Shown here one piece after another: positions 34,095 through 43,797 of a stretch of DNA of 64,000 nt. The position numbers and the translations under genes were made by a program. The DNA is taken from positions 14,783 to 78,782 of the IMG/VR virus record IMGVR_UViG_3300045135_002262; one strand, written 5' to 3'. The first letter of the stretch is position 1. Each line of letters begins with the position of its first letter. The notes under the pieces were generated by a model that had not been told where the DNA came from, ran no database searches, and saw only the letters and a program-made list of their open reading frames with translations. Origin of the DNA: a virus.

Positions 34095-34924
34095 TTATTA
34101 GTCTTGTATAAGTATTCACCTAATTCATCTCTATGCAATGGCACATTCCATTTTGGATCATACCAAAATCTGCGACCGTTGCTATCTATTCTATTATCCA
34201 TTTCTGTTTTGTTTCCGTAACACAGCATGAATTTTTCTTGAAGAGCTTCTTCACCAAACGGATTATCCCAATCTCTAATACTTCCACCACCCTTTGCATA
34301 AGCTAATTTACAAACATCTTCACATAAGTGTAAGATCTTAGGGTATTTAGCTAATTGCATTCCAGCAGGTAGGAAAGGATCTACATCACCCGCTCTATAA
34401 ATAATCTCAGCTCTTAAATAATTACCAATACCATTAAAATATTTTTGGTTCATTAGAACCTCGTATAATGGTTTCTTAAATGCTGCCTTAGTAAGATTAG
34501 TCATTACATTTAAGAAGAATTCACGTGGTTGCGTAACTGGATCTGGTCCACGGTTTTCACTCCACCAAACTCCTTGCTTCCATTTACCAAATCTACGAAC
34601 ATCTACAAAGCTTAAAGTAACACCATCATCTGTATAGAATTTAAGATGCGCATGTTTTGGTTCGTTACCAGTATTTGTTATCTTAAAATGGCCAGACATT
34701 CCCATAGTCATACGAATAGGAATGATCTGATCGCTGTCACGATCTAAAATTGCAAGAACTAATTCTTTACCACGTGCTTCGGCTCTAATCCTAAACTTTC
34801 TAAAAGGAATGTTTAATTCATCACCTTTATGTTCTGGATTCTTTTTAACAGCTACAAATTTTTCATTTTTAGCTACTTCGTTTACGTAATCTGCGGTTAG
34901 TTTAAGCTCTGCTAATTCTGGCAT
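34091..34924 (-). CDS. Fpg/Nei DNA glycosylase, NEIL1-like
   Basis: MPE N-terminus, ARGKEL, GMSG, FVDVRRFG, FNGIGNYLRAEI H2TH, no Cys4 zinc finger. Confidence 0.9.
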   Translation of the reverse strand: MPELAELKLTADYVNEVAKNEKFVAVKKNPEHKGDELNIPFRKFRIRAEARGKELVLAILDRDSDQIIPIRMTMGMSGHFKITNTGNEPKHAHLKFYTDDGVTLSFVDVRRFGKWKQGVWWSENRGPDPVTQPREFFLNVMTNLTKAAFKKPLYEVLMNQKYFNGIGNYLRAEIIYRAGDVDPFLPAGMQLAKYPKILHLCEDVCKLAYAKGGGSIRDWDNPFGEEALQEKFMLCYGNKTEMDNRIDSNGRRFWYDPKWNVPLHRDELGEYLYKTNK

Positions 34925-35121
34925 TATTTTCTATATTTGTTATATGTTAGTTTTGGAGTTACGATCCAAAGTGCAAGATAAGCTAATAATCCCCAACCAC
35001 ATATAAATGCGATTAAGAATCCTGCTCTAATTAAAGCAACATCGACGCTAAAGTGATATGCCAGTCCGGCACAAACGCCAGCGATCCTGCCCGTTCTTTT
35101 ATTTCTGTATAATTTACCCAT
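34924..35121 (-). CDS. PspC-domain protein
   Basis: LYR...IAGVCAGLA.HF.VDV.LIR...AYLALWIVTP. Confidence 0.85.
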   Translation of the reverse strand: MGKLYRNKRTGRIAGVCAGLAYHFSVDVALIRAGFLIAFICGWGLLAYLALWIVTPKLTYNKYRK

Positions 35122-35288
35122 AATTAAAATTGAATTGCTATTCCCCAGGCTCCCCATGCAAAAATAATCTCATAGCTACCATTTAATGTACGGTCGAATG
35201 TGACCTTAACTGTAGGAATAATTAAAAATTGTCCGATTTGTGTGTACCAATCTATTTTCATAATGTCTTATTAATTATACAAAAAGTA

Positions 35289-36206
35289 CTAGTTTTGTTT
35301 CATTAAAAAGACTTTATCATAGGAGCCATCACTATATCTAATTAAATATAATCTATTGGCCGGCAGCATTTCTATATCTTTTTGAATATAACGACCTTGC
35401 CAATCCCATATACCTAAGACTTCTTTTTCAATCTCATTCTCTTCAATTCCAACAGTTGAACTACGCACAATAAAGGTCCATTGAATTCTTTGTGTTGTCA
35501 TTAAATAACCGTTACGATACTTATCAATTTGGAAGCCGTAACCGTGAGACCCTAGGTTTGTTCCAACAAATGTGATTGAATCATTATCCGCTAAAACATT
35601 ATTTGAGCTTTGTACTTGAGGTACAAAGACGCCATTTGAATATGATGAGTAAATATCGGTTAAATGCAAGTTAACTGAATCGCCATCCGGGTTTGTAAAA
35701 TGGCAATTATAAATGCCCCAAACTGGTTTCATTGAATTAACAGCGTTTGACTGTACATTTACCCAAAGCGGTTGCTCCATAAATGGCGTTGTGTTATTTG
35801 GAACGTGCCAATAATCTGCTGAAATAACCACATCTGAGCTTGTTGAATTAGATGAGTTATTTAGGATTGGCCAACAGCAGTTTGTATAAATAAAACGATA
35901 CTTGTTTGAATCAAGGTTTAGATAGTCACTTACATACATCGCTGTATTGAAGCCCTGGTGTGTACCTGTTGTAATCTTATCAAGAGTTACATAACCATCT
36001 AATTCATACCAGCCCTGTGAGTTCATGGCCCATTTCTGTACTGATACGTTCGTTGGCATTGTTGGGAACTGGTCAGAAACTACATACAGCCCAATTGAAG
36101 TTGAATCAGGACTGGTTTGTGCTACTTGAATAATCCCTCCAAGAATATGAGATGCTTGGAGTGTAAATGTACTAATTAAAGCACAAAGTAATAATAGTTT
36201 TTTCAT
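35289..36206 (-). CDS. secreted protein with putative T9SS C-terminal domain
   Basis: Signal peptide MKKLLLLCALISTFTLQA, SHILGG start, CC pair, VGIEE linker then IWDWQGR...LYLIRYSDGS..KVF. Confidence 0.7.
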   Translation of the reverse strand: MKKLLLLCALISTFTLQASHILGGIIQVAQTSPDSTSIGLYVVSDQFPTMPTNVSVQKWAMNSQGWYELDGYVTLDKITTGTHQGFNTAMYVSDYLNLDSNKYRFIYTNCCWPILNNSSNSTSSDVVISADYWHVPNNTTPFMEQPLWVNVQSNAVNSMKPVWGIYNCHFTNPDGDSVNLHLTDIYSSYSNGVFVPQVQSSNNVLADNDSITFVGTNLGSHGYGFQIDKYRNGYLMTTQRIQWTFIVRSSTVGIEENEIEKEVLGIWDWQGRYIQKDIEMLPANRLYLIRYSDGSYDKVFLMKQN

Positions 36207-36318
36207 TATGAAAATATAATTAAAGCGCTCGCGATTACAAGCGATGGTAAGATCATTACTAAAAATCCAGCTGCAAACTGCAATGGATTTGGATATTCAT
36301 TGTATTCTTTTAACTTTT

Positions 36319-36702
36319 TCATTTGAATTTGTCTTTAACGCGTTGGGCGATTGGAATAGGATCTCCATTCTCATCAATACGTACGAATTTAATATTAGTT
36401 GATAAAATTACTGTTTGACTGCCTGAATATACGTTATGTGCCCTGGCTTCAAGATACATGGTAATTGATGTTGTTCCTATGTCTTTAACCTTACCGTACA
36501 TTTTAAGTAACTGACCTTCTTTAGCCGGTTTCTTAAAGATACATTCATCAATCTTAACCGTAACCATTCTTGGTGTATCACATACTTCCATAGCATATGC
36601 TGCCGCTGCAGCATCTAACCATGCAAGAAGTTTACCACCGAAAAGATTGGCATGAAACCCTAAATCACTTTTCTTGATCGGGTGTGTTGTAATAAGTTGC
36701 AT
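36319..36702 (-). CDS. hotdog-fold acyl-CoA thioesterase (YciA-like)
   Basis: NLFGGKLLAWLDAAA, VTVKID, GTTSI, FVRIDENG.P. Confidence 0.88.
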   Translation of the reverse strand: MQLITTHPIKKSDLGFHANLFGGKLLAWLDAAAAAYAMEVCDTPRMVTVKIDECIFKKPAKEGQLLKMYGKVKDIGTTSITMYLEARAHNVYSGSQTVILSTNIKFVRIDENGDPIPIAQRVKDKFK

Positions 36703-37415
36703 TATAATCTTTTTCCTTGTAAATCAGCGTTATAGTTATCTTTCATATACTGTTCCGCTTCAACTCTCCAAGCAGCTTGTTGTGATTGTTGATTATGTGT
36801 AATTGTTGGGTTGTAATAGATCTTTTGATTTTTATCCCAGTAATAATTACCATCAGTTCTTTGATGTTCGTTTGGTGTAATATAAGGGATTTCAAAAGTT
36901 TCAAACTCTATGTTCGCCCAAGTCTTAAAAGCAGCCCACTCACGAGGATCCATATGTAAACCTTGTTCGTCGGCTCTTGGATTATTAAACACAGACATTA
37001 CACCATTAGGTTTAAGTAACCACTGTGCTTGAATATAGAAAGGTGTAAGATCTTCATCCCATGTATCAATATAGATACCATCAAATTTCGGCAGATAATT
37101 AATTACTTCTTGCCAAGGCTTAAAGATACATTTAGCCTTTTCAAGCCAACCGGTTTCCATCATGTGTTTTTGCACATCCGGATGTGGTTCAATAATCCAA
37201 TGCTCTGTAATATTATCATGTTCTTGAATATAAGAATCAATAATACCCATACCATGGCCAATGTTAAGCACTCTACCACCTCGTTGGCAGACTGTTGCTG
37301 CTTGACGTCGCATGATTTCACGTTCCCATTCCATCATGACAGCATTACCATTTTCGTCTAAAAGTGTGTCGTTTGTGTAAGTTAATTTTTGTTCGAAATA
37401 AGGTTTATTTACCAT
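36702..37415 (-). CDS. class I SAM methyltransferase, RMT2/GAMT-like
   Basis: AVMMEWE, VLNIGHGMGI, HWIIEPHP, FDGIYIDT, LLKPNG. Confidence 0.85.
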   Translation of the reverse strand: MVNKPYFEQKLTYTNDTLLDENGNAVMMEWEREIMRRQAATVCQRGGRVLNIGHGMGIIDSYIQEHDNITEHWIIEPHPDVQKHMMETGWLEKAKCIFKPWQEVINYLPKFDGIYIDTWDEDLTPFYIQAQWLLKPNGVMSVFNNPRADEQGLHMDPREWAAFKTWANIEFETFEIPYITPNEHQRTDGNYYWDKNQKIYYNPTITHNQQSQQAAWRVEAEQYMKDNYNADLQGKRL

Positions 37416-37508
37416 TTTTATCTTCTTTACGCATTTTATAAATTAAATATCCATTCCATAGAATAACTATAGACCAAACGATTATATTTTCCCAAACGGT
37501 CATGGCAT

Positions 37509-37892
37509 TCATTGCTGATTCACATTTCGCATTCTAAACCAGGATTTAATCCACAATGTTAAACCTGTAATTAATACAATACCGCTTACGAAAAATACGC
37601 CGTTAAAACTGTTCCATGGTGATAATTCATAGGTTAACAAAGTCCAACCCAGAACATATCCAAACCATAAAACAACCCAGACTAAATCTGGAATTCGTTT
37701 TGCTCGTTTCTCAACCTCAACTACTTTTTTATCATGTACTACACGACTTAAAGCATCTTGTAAATCCTTGCCATAAGCCGGGATTTTTTCAGTACTACCG
37801 TCTTCGTTTAATAACTCTACCTCGTATTTTAACCAGTCCGGAAATGTTTGACTGTCTTTACGATAGGTAGCGTTAATTACCTTCTGTTTCAT
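37509..37892 (-). CDS. hypothetical membrane protein
   Basis: Two C-terminal TM helices. Confidence 0.6.
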   Translation of the reverse strand: MKQKVINATYRKDSQTFPDWLKYEVELLNEDGSTEKIPAYGKDLQDALSRVVHDKKVVEVEKRAKRIPDLVWVVLWFGYVLGWTLLTYELSPWNSFNGVFFVSGIVLITGLTLWIKSWFRMRNVNQQ

Positions 37893-38109
37893 CGTTTCGG
37901 TTATTCATTTTAGAGTAGCCGTCAAAAATGTACGCACCTACTAGCCAGAATACGATCATAAATGCAGTGCCATACAAATCACCTTCGCTACCTAATAAGA
38001 AGCCAAGTACATACGTGCCTAAAGCTAACCATGATACTGGTCCCATCCAAGGAATGTATTTAGCAACTGTTGCACTAATTACACCCCAAATCCTTTTCAT
38101 TAAATCCAT
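37873..38109 (-). CDS. hypothetical membrane protein
   Basis: Two TM helices. Confidence 0.55.
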   Translation of the reverse strand: MDLMKRIWGVISATVAKYIPWMGPVSWLALGTYVLGFLLGSEGDLYGTAFMIVFWLVGAYIFDGYSKMNNRNDETEGN

Positions 38110-38128
38110 AATATCTTTTATATTTTTT

Positions 38129-39034
38129 TTAAACCATATCGATCCACTTTGGATCTTGGTATACTTTTATATTGCGGACTAGCATAAAAGTTTCAGCTGG
38201 TTCAAAACCAAGATCTTTTGGATTTTCACAACCGTTATTTAAGATAATGTATTGCGGCGCCCTGTTTTGTTCAATGGCCTTTTTATTGGTAAACTCTTGT
38301 ACTAAATAGCCATCATAGTAGAACTTAATAAAATCTGGCGTCCAATGCACTGCATATTTAATCCATCTATCAGGAGCGTTTTTCAACGGGATTAATGGTT
38401 GACCCATGTCGCGCTTGCCTTCTGTCCAATGATTACCAGTGCCAAAGTGCACATTCGGCTTGGCCCATAGCTTTTCGCCCGGTCTGTGATACGTTTCAAA
38501 TACATCTATTTCCGGCGGCCAGCTTTCTGAGCCACTTAACCAAAAGGCTGCCCATTGGCCTTTACCATTAGGGATTTTTACCTCTGCTTCAAACCAACCA
38601 TATTGATAGGACTTTTTTGTACTGATGCAGCCCATTGCATAATCCGCTGTCCATTGATCGAGCTTCGCGCCGGCCTGTTGCCATTTAGGCAGTTCTGATT
38701 TGTTGAAAGTTCTTGGGAAGTTTCTCAGTTCTAATGCTAAACCATCCGGCGTTGGATATAAGACTCGGTATTTCGTCAACTCAGACTGATGTGGCCACCA
38801 TTTCCACTGCCAATCTGGGTGTACGTTTCTTCCCCAAGGGTGGCCGGTGCGCCAAGTTTCCCAGTCTAATTTTTCAAACCGGTCCTCGAAGACTTTATGA
38901 TAATCCGCCGGGGCATGATACGGTCCACTCTGGGGTGTTGTGTTTCTCTGGGCGCGCTGCCAGGCTGTAAGTTGGGCCCATAAGTTCTTGATATTTTCAA
39001 GTAAGGGGCGCTGTAAATAATGTTTGAGTACCAT
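38129..39034 (-). CDS. glycoside hydrolase family 16
   Basis: YGWFEAEVKIP...WAAFWL...WPPEIDVFE, Y.V.WTPD.I.FY.DG. Confidence 0.9.
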   Translation of the reverse strand: MVLKHYLQRPLLENIKNLWAQLTAWQRAQRNTTPQSGPYHAPADYHKVFEDRFEKLDWETWRTGHPWGRNVHPDWQWKWWPHQSELTKYRVLYPTPDGLALELRNFPRTFNKSELPKWQQAGAKLDQWTADYAMGCISTKKSYQYGWFEAEVKIPNGKGQWAAFWLSGSESWPPEIDVFETYHRPGEKLWAKPNVHFGTGNHWTEGKRDMGQPLIPLKNAPDRWIKYAVHWTPDFIKFYYDGYLVQEFTNKKAIEQNRAPQYIILNNGCENPKDLGFEPAETFMLVRNIKVYQDPKWIDMV

Positions 39035-39092
39035 AAAAATAAAACGTCCTATAAAAATTTCCTTGTAGTGTGTGAGTATCGGAGACTGTAAA

Positions 39093-39341
39093 TTATTTAT
39101 CGAGCAAATACCTTTGTTCGACTTCTGTCCATTTGTGATGTGGACACGCGTTTAATCTAGGTGAGTAAATCTTCTTTTGTAACGGACAACCACAAGCTCC
39201 GCAATGATCAAAGGGCACTGATTTTTTAAATTCGCAAGTGTTGCAAATTTCTGCGCGAGCTTTAGCTAGTTCAGCCTGTTGGTGGTCTGGGTTAAACGAA
39301 GTTTGCCAGGACTTAAATATTTCAGATGCTTTTCTAATCAT
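39093..39341 (-). CDS. Cys-rich protein (DUF6171-like)
   Basis: R.EICNTCE...CGACGCPL..K......CP..KW. Confidence 0.7.
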   Translation of the reverse strand: MIRKASEIFKSWQTSFNPDHQQAELAKARAEICNTCEFKKSVPFDHCGACGCPLQKKIYSPRLNACPHHKWTEVEQRYLLDK

Positions 39342-39543
39342 TCTTAGGGGTTGCTCCGTAAGTCTTAAATAAGATAGAAGCTAAAACATTAATTCCAAGC
39401 GCTTGCCAAAATGTAATGTAATTTACACCATCAATAGCCGGCACTAATGAAAGGTTCCAAAGCAGCTGAACTGGCCAAGCCAAAATAATTACTGCGAGCA
39501 TTGTCACTGCGATTGCTGCTAAAACTGTGTTTAATTTTTCCAT
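39334..39543 (-). CDS. small membrane protein
   Basis: LLWN...P....ITFWQALGI; downstream of class I promoter 39566-39597. Confidence 0.65.
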   Translation of the reverse strand: MEKLNTVLAAIAVTMLAVIILAWPVQLLWNLSLVPAIDGVNYITFWQALGINVLASILFKTYGATPKND

Positions 39544-39565
39544 GTGTTTATTTTTTGATTGTATA

Positions 39566-39597
39566 CTAATATACAAAATTCCGGTGATATAAAAAAA
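39566..39597 (-). promoter_or_regulatory. class I promoter
   Basis: TTTTTTTATATCACCGGAATTTTGTATATTAG. Confidence 0.75.
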
Positions 39598-39603
39598 TCT
39601 AAA

Positions 39604-39816
39604 CTAAAATATTTTATTAAAAATAATTCCAATTGCGTCCATGGTTGCCCCAAATATTATTGTAAACAAATAAATGAATGTCCATGTTAATAGAAATTTA
39701 ATACCTTCTGGTAAATAAACTTCAATACGGTCTGGTTGCTTAGACTTTTTATATAACCTATACATCCTTGCAATAATAGCGTATGCAAAGCTTATCTTTA
39801 GGACGAATGCATCCAT
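39604..39816 (-). CDS. hypothetical membrane protein
   Basis: Coupled to rmlC. Confidence 0.5.
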   Translation of the reverse strand: MDAFVLKISFAYAIIARMYRLYKKSKQPDRIEVYLPEGIKFLLTWTFIYLFTIIFGATMDAIGIIFNKIF

Positions 39817-40379
39817 TAAAGAGCCGAATGGTATTCACGTGCATACTCTACTAAATACATGCCTTGTTGATCTTTCTCTGAGATCTCAAGTTCGTCTGCT
39901 GGAATTGGAATCTTAAGATTAAGATCTTTATCGTCCCAACGAATAGAAACCTGGTGATTTGGTGCATAAACCTCAGTGCACTTATAACAAAAGATAGTAT
40001 CATCTTCAAGTGCAACAAATGCATGGCCAAAACCTGCAGGAACCCAAAACTGATTACCCTTCTCTGCTGAAAGCTCAATGCTTTCCCATTGTCCGAACGT
40101 TGGTGAATTTGGTCTTAAATCTACAGCAAAATCAATTACACTGCCCTTTGCAACTCTAACTAATTTACCTTGAGCCCATGGATCTTGTTGTAAATGAATC
40201 CCTCTAAAAGATCCTCTTTTTGAAATGCTTTGATTATCTTGTTTAAAATGTTCTGTAAATCCAAGATCTCTTAGTGTATCTTCGTTAAATGTTTCGATAA
40301 ATTGACCGCGACTATCTTTAAATACTCTTGGCTGAAATTCAATTAACCCTTCAATCTTAAAATTCTTGTTTATTTCCAT
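39816..40379 (-). CDS. rmlC: dTDP-4-dehydrorhamnose 3,5-epimerase
   Basis: F.DSRG.F.E.F, QDNQSIS, RGIHLQ, QGKLVRV, VDLRPNSPTFG, GFGHAF, YKCT. Confidence 0.93.
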   Translation of the reverse strand: MEINKNFKIEGLIEFQPRVFKDSRGQFIETFNEDTLRDLGFTEHFKQDNQSISKRGSFRGIHLQQDPWAQGKLVRVAKGSVIDFAVDLRPNSPTFGQWESIELSAEKGNQFWVPAGFGHAFVALEDDTIFCYKCTEVYAPNHQVSIRWDDKDLNLKIPIPADELEISEKDQQGMYLVEYAREYHSAL

Positions 40380-40385
40380 GTTTAA

Positions 40386-40982
40386 TTATTTAATTCTATA
40401 ATCTTCAAAATCAGCTCGACGATCTACAAACCCATTATTTGGAAAGTAATATACTAATTCTACAAGTTGATTATTATCTACTAACTTTATTGTTTTTGTA
40501 AAGCCGGACGGGATCATTGCACCACCTGACACTCTTTGACTATTATCGAAATGCACCCTAATTTGAACAGTAACGCTTCCATACTGTGATGCTAATTGTC
40601 TTTCCTTAGCTTCTAAATACTTCCAAGAACCTCTATTTAAATCCTCATGTTGTAGTGCACAATTTAAATAAGAGAATGTAGCTTTAAGCTCTTCGTAATC
40701 ACAACTAAATGCAGCAGCAGGAGCTAAATGCCCCTTATCCCATACATTTTTATAATAGTCTTCATTACTAGATGTTTTAATACCTTGAACTTTATAAAAA
40801 TCTAAACCTGATCTTGAATGTTGGCCATCCCAACAATCAACAACATAAGTTAAAATTACAGGCTGTTCATAATCTTGTGAATAATAAACTTCAAAGATTG
40901 GTGTTCTGACTTTAGTTAATTCACCTTGTGAAAACGCTGTAAAGCTTAAAAGAAGTGCTAATAATAAGTAAAATTTTCTCAC
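40386..40982 (-). CDS. DNA/RNA non-specific endonuclease with signal peptide
   Basis: WDKGHLAPAA, TFSYLN.ALQ...LNRG.W..LE. Confidence 0.88.
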   Translation of the reverse strand: MRKFYLLLALLLSFTAFSQGELTKVRTPIFEVYYSQDYEQPVILTYVVDCWDGQHSRSGLDFYKVQGIKTSSNEDYYKNVWDKGHLAPAAAFSCDYEELKATFSYLNCALQHEDLNRGSWKYLEAKERQLASQYGSVTVQIRVHFDNSQRVSGGAMIPSGFTKTIKLVDNNQLVELVYYFPNNGFVDRRADFEDYRIK

Positions 40983-41070
40983 TATTATTTAGTTTGTGTA
41001 TAAACGTAGTTAATAATATTGTTAGACGTACTTGTAGTTACCCAGCCGATTGGCTTTACTTGAATTGGAC

Positions 41071-41442
41071 TCATGATTTAAGTCTATTTAAATCGTTAAT
41101 TGTATTCTCAATAAGCACTGCCAATTCAGCAACTCTAGTCTCAACCACGTCAACCGCTCCAGCCACTCGATCTAAATCTTCAACATGTTTATTAAGACTA
41201 TTTTCAAGACGAGCTATACGCGCCTCTAATTCATCATTTGAGTTATTCTGCATATTAGATATAATAGCATCAATATCCTTTCTTGTATTTTGATGTAGTC
41301 TGCCCTGTGCAATGATTTGTTTGTGTAAATCATCAACACTCTCTTCATAGTTATCTAGGCCTTTGTATAATCGTTTTATATTAACTCCTTCAATAATTAA
41401 TAGAGCGAACAAAACAATAATAAGTAGAGTTGTAATAATCAT
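41071..41442 (-). CDS. membrane-anchored coiled-coil protein
   Basis: N-terminal TM plus heptads; class II promoter at 41460-41488. Confidence 0.65.
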   Translation of the reverse strand: MIITTLLIIVLFALLIIEGVNIKRLYKGLDNYEESVDDLHKQIIAQGRLHQNTRKDIDAIISNMQNNSNDELEARIARLENSLNKHVEDLDRVAGAVDVVETRVAELAVLIENTINDLNRLKS

Positions 41443-41489
41443 ATAATTCGTGTTTAAAAATTATATAAAGTAATTTATAAAAGTTTCAG

Positions 41490-43763
41490 TTAAGCGCCGT
41501 ATGCGTTGCCCTTAACCTTTATCGGAAGATCTAATCTAGATTCAAGGTTTTCAATAGCTAACACAACGTCTGCGATAGTTGCAGTTTCTGCTTCTTCGCC
41601 ACCGCCTGCTTTCTTCTTAGCGCTAAAGATTGTGTCTTTCATCTTCTCAAGCGCAGATTCAATTGCACTCTTACTTGCGGCACCTTGCTCTTTACTTACT
41701 TTTTCTAAGTTTTCAACAGTCTCTGAAAGCTCTTGAACTGCATTCATTAATTCTCTAGCAAGAACTGTAATTGCATCTTCACCGTCATTTTCAGCGATTT
41801 TAGCAATAGCCTCAAACATTCTAGCTGAAGCCTCAATTGCTGGCACATTCATAATTCTAGAAGCATCTGCAATTGCTTTATAAGCCTGACCAATTTCTGT
41901 CATTGCTTTACCAGCCTCTTCTAATTCATCTGAATTATCAGCTAATTGTAAGACTGCGCCCATACCTTTAATTACTGCATTAGTATTTAAAGCTACTTTA
42001 GCAAATTCAACACCAATCGTTTTAATTGGGTCTGCTAATGCAATAATACCTGCAGTTCTACCAATTAACATATCTAATAATTCAATTGGTGTTTTAGTCT
42101 TTTTAGCGCCGAAAAGAGATCCAATACCATCAATAATAGATGAACCTAAATTAGCAACAGATGAGAATAAACCACCAGCTGCTTGACCTGCTAAGGCAGC
42201 AACAAGAGCTAACCAACCACCTGCAACTGCAAATAAACCACCTGCTAATGGTAATAAATTTTCAATTCCAATTTCTTCTTTAACTCTAACTAAAGCATCA
42301 ATCATTGCGTTAATTGGATACATAATTGCATCTGTAAAATTCTTAGCAATTGCCGAAAGATCAGGAAGTGCCGAGAAGATCCATGCAACAACGAACATTG
42401 AAGCAGCAATAAGAATAATACCAGCAGCACCTAAAAGTAAACCAACTGGTGTGATTGCTGTTGCAAGTGCACCAATAATCATAAATGGAATTGCAAACAT
42501 TAAGATTCCAAGACCTGCTGCAGTAGACCATTCAAGTGGTGGAGCTTTAAACTCACTTGGTAGAATTTGGAAAATCCATGCAGTAGCTAAAATACCTATT
42601 GCAATTAAAGGAGCTGCTATAGTTGCCATTAATAATCCCTTCATACTAACCCTTTGACCCATCTTTGCAATTATCATAAATGGTACACCGAATACTAATA
42701 GCGCTAAACCTGCTTCTAGTGACCATTGCCATGGCGGAGCCACAAAATTACCAGGTAATAATTGGAATATCCAAGCGGCTGCAACAACGCCTAATGCAAT
42801 TAATGGTAGGGCTAGGGCTGCCATACCTATTTCTTTAATACCTACCCTACCGCTCTTTAATGCTTTTAAAATCTTAACATAAGGAATAGAAACAATGTAT
42901 AAAACAGCTGCAACTGCAAAAGCACCTAACATCTTACCAATTTCTAGATTAGGCATTAACATAAATATCCAGCTTGATAATACAATAGCCAATGCCATAC
43001 CAACCATTGATAGTAATGCCATACCCATCATTTGCATCATAGATTTTATATCTGTGCCGCCAACACCTTTTACACCACCACCCTTTAATTTAGATAAGGC
43101 TTCTACAGTTTTAACAAAAGGATCTGCAGCTAAATATAAAACACCAGCAACAATGGCCGCGCCAATTAATGCTCTAAGATTAAGAGTTGGCATAAAGAAT
43201 AATACAGCACCTGCTAATACTAGCGCGGCTGCCATACCAATCATAGAAGTAACAACTCCCATACCATCTTTAAGGGCTGAATATGGATTCTCTGGGTTTA
43301 ATTCACCTTTACCACCGCCCTTTAATTTAGAAAGTGATTCTGCGATTTTAACAAACGCAGGAGCGGCTAGGTATATAACACCAGCAACTGCTAGTGCAGA
43401 TAATAGTTTTAGTGGATTTAAGACCGGCATAAACATGAAGAATGCTCCGGCAATAACTAAAGCTGCTGCCATAGAAATTACTGCAAGACCAATTGATGCA
43501 ACACCTTTCATATTTGGCATTTGCATCTTAAACTTACCGCCTTTAGAACGTTCAGTTCTTTCTAATTCACCCTGTTTAACTTGAATTGCTAATAGGGTTT
43601 TAATATCTGATAGTAATAAAGTTTGTTGGGCTAATTCCTTTTGGCTATCTTCTGAAGCTTTAACTAGGTCAATAGTAAGAACAGAATGAATTTCATTAAT
43701 CTTTTCATTCTGTTCTTCTATTAAATTACCTAATCTTTGTAAAGGAGCTAATAATACCTTCAT
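41490..43763 (-). CDS. tape-measure-like protein
   Basis: Long Ala/Gly-rich hydrophobic repeats downstream of tube/hub genes; GATATATA upstream. Confidence 0.65.
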   Translation of the reverse strand: MKVLLAPLQRLGNLIEEQNEKINEIHSVLTIDLVKASEDSQKELAQQTLLLSDIKTLLAIQVKQGELERTERSKGGKFKMQMPNMKGVASIGLAVISMAAALVIAGAFFMFMPVLNPLKLLSALAVAGVIYLAAPAFVKIAESLSKLKGGGKGELNPENPYSALKDGMGVVTSMIGMAAALVLAGAVLFFMPTLNLRALIGAAIVAGVLYLAADPFVKTVEALSKLKGGGVKGVGGTDIKSMMQMMGMALLSMVGMALAIVLSSWIFMLMPNLEIGKMLGAFAVAAVLYIVSIPYVKILKALKSGRVGIKEIGMAALALPLIALGVVAAAWIFQLLPGNFVAPPWQWSLEAGLALLVFGVPFMIIAKMGQRVSMKGLLMATIAAPLIAIGILATAWIFQILPSEFKAPPLEWSTAAGLGILMFAIPFMIIGALATAITPVGLLLGAAGIILIAASMFVVAWIFSALPDLSAIAKNFTDAIMYPINAMIDALVRVKEEIGIENLLPLAGGLFAVAGGWLALVAALAGQAAGGLFSSVANLGSSIIDGIGSLFGAKKTKTPIELLDMLIGRTAGIIALADPIKTIGVEFAKVALNTNAVIKGMGAVLQLADNSDELEEAGKAMTEIGQAYKAIADASRIMNVPAIEASARMFEAIAKIAENDGEDAITVLARELMNAVQELSETVENLEKVSKEQGAASKSAIESALEKMKDTIFSAKKKAGGGEEAETATIADVVLAIENLESRLDLPIKVKGNAYGA

Positions 43764-43797
43764 GCATTGACGTCTCTATTTATTATAGATTATATAT

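Noticed and set aside
42895-43584. Long plus-strand ORF (229 aa) and other antisense ORFs within structural genes
   Set aside because: Antisense shadows caused by codon bias of the minus-strand genes.
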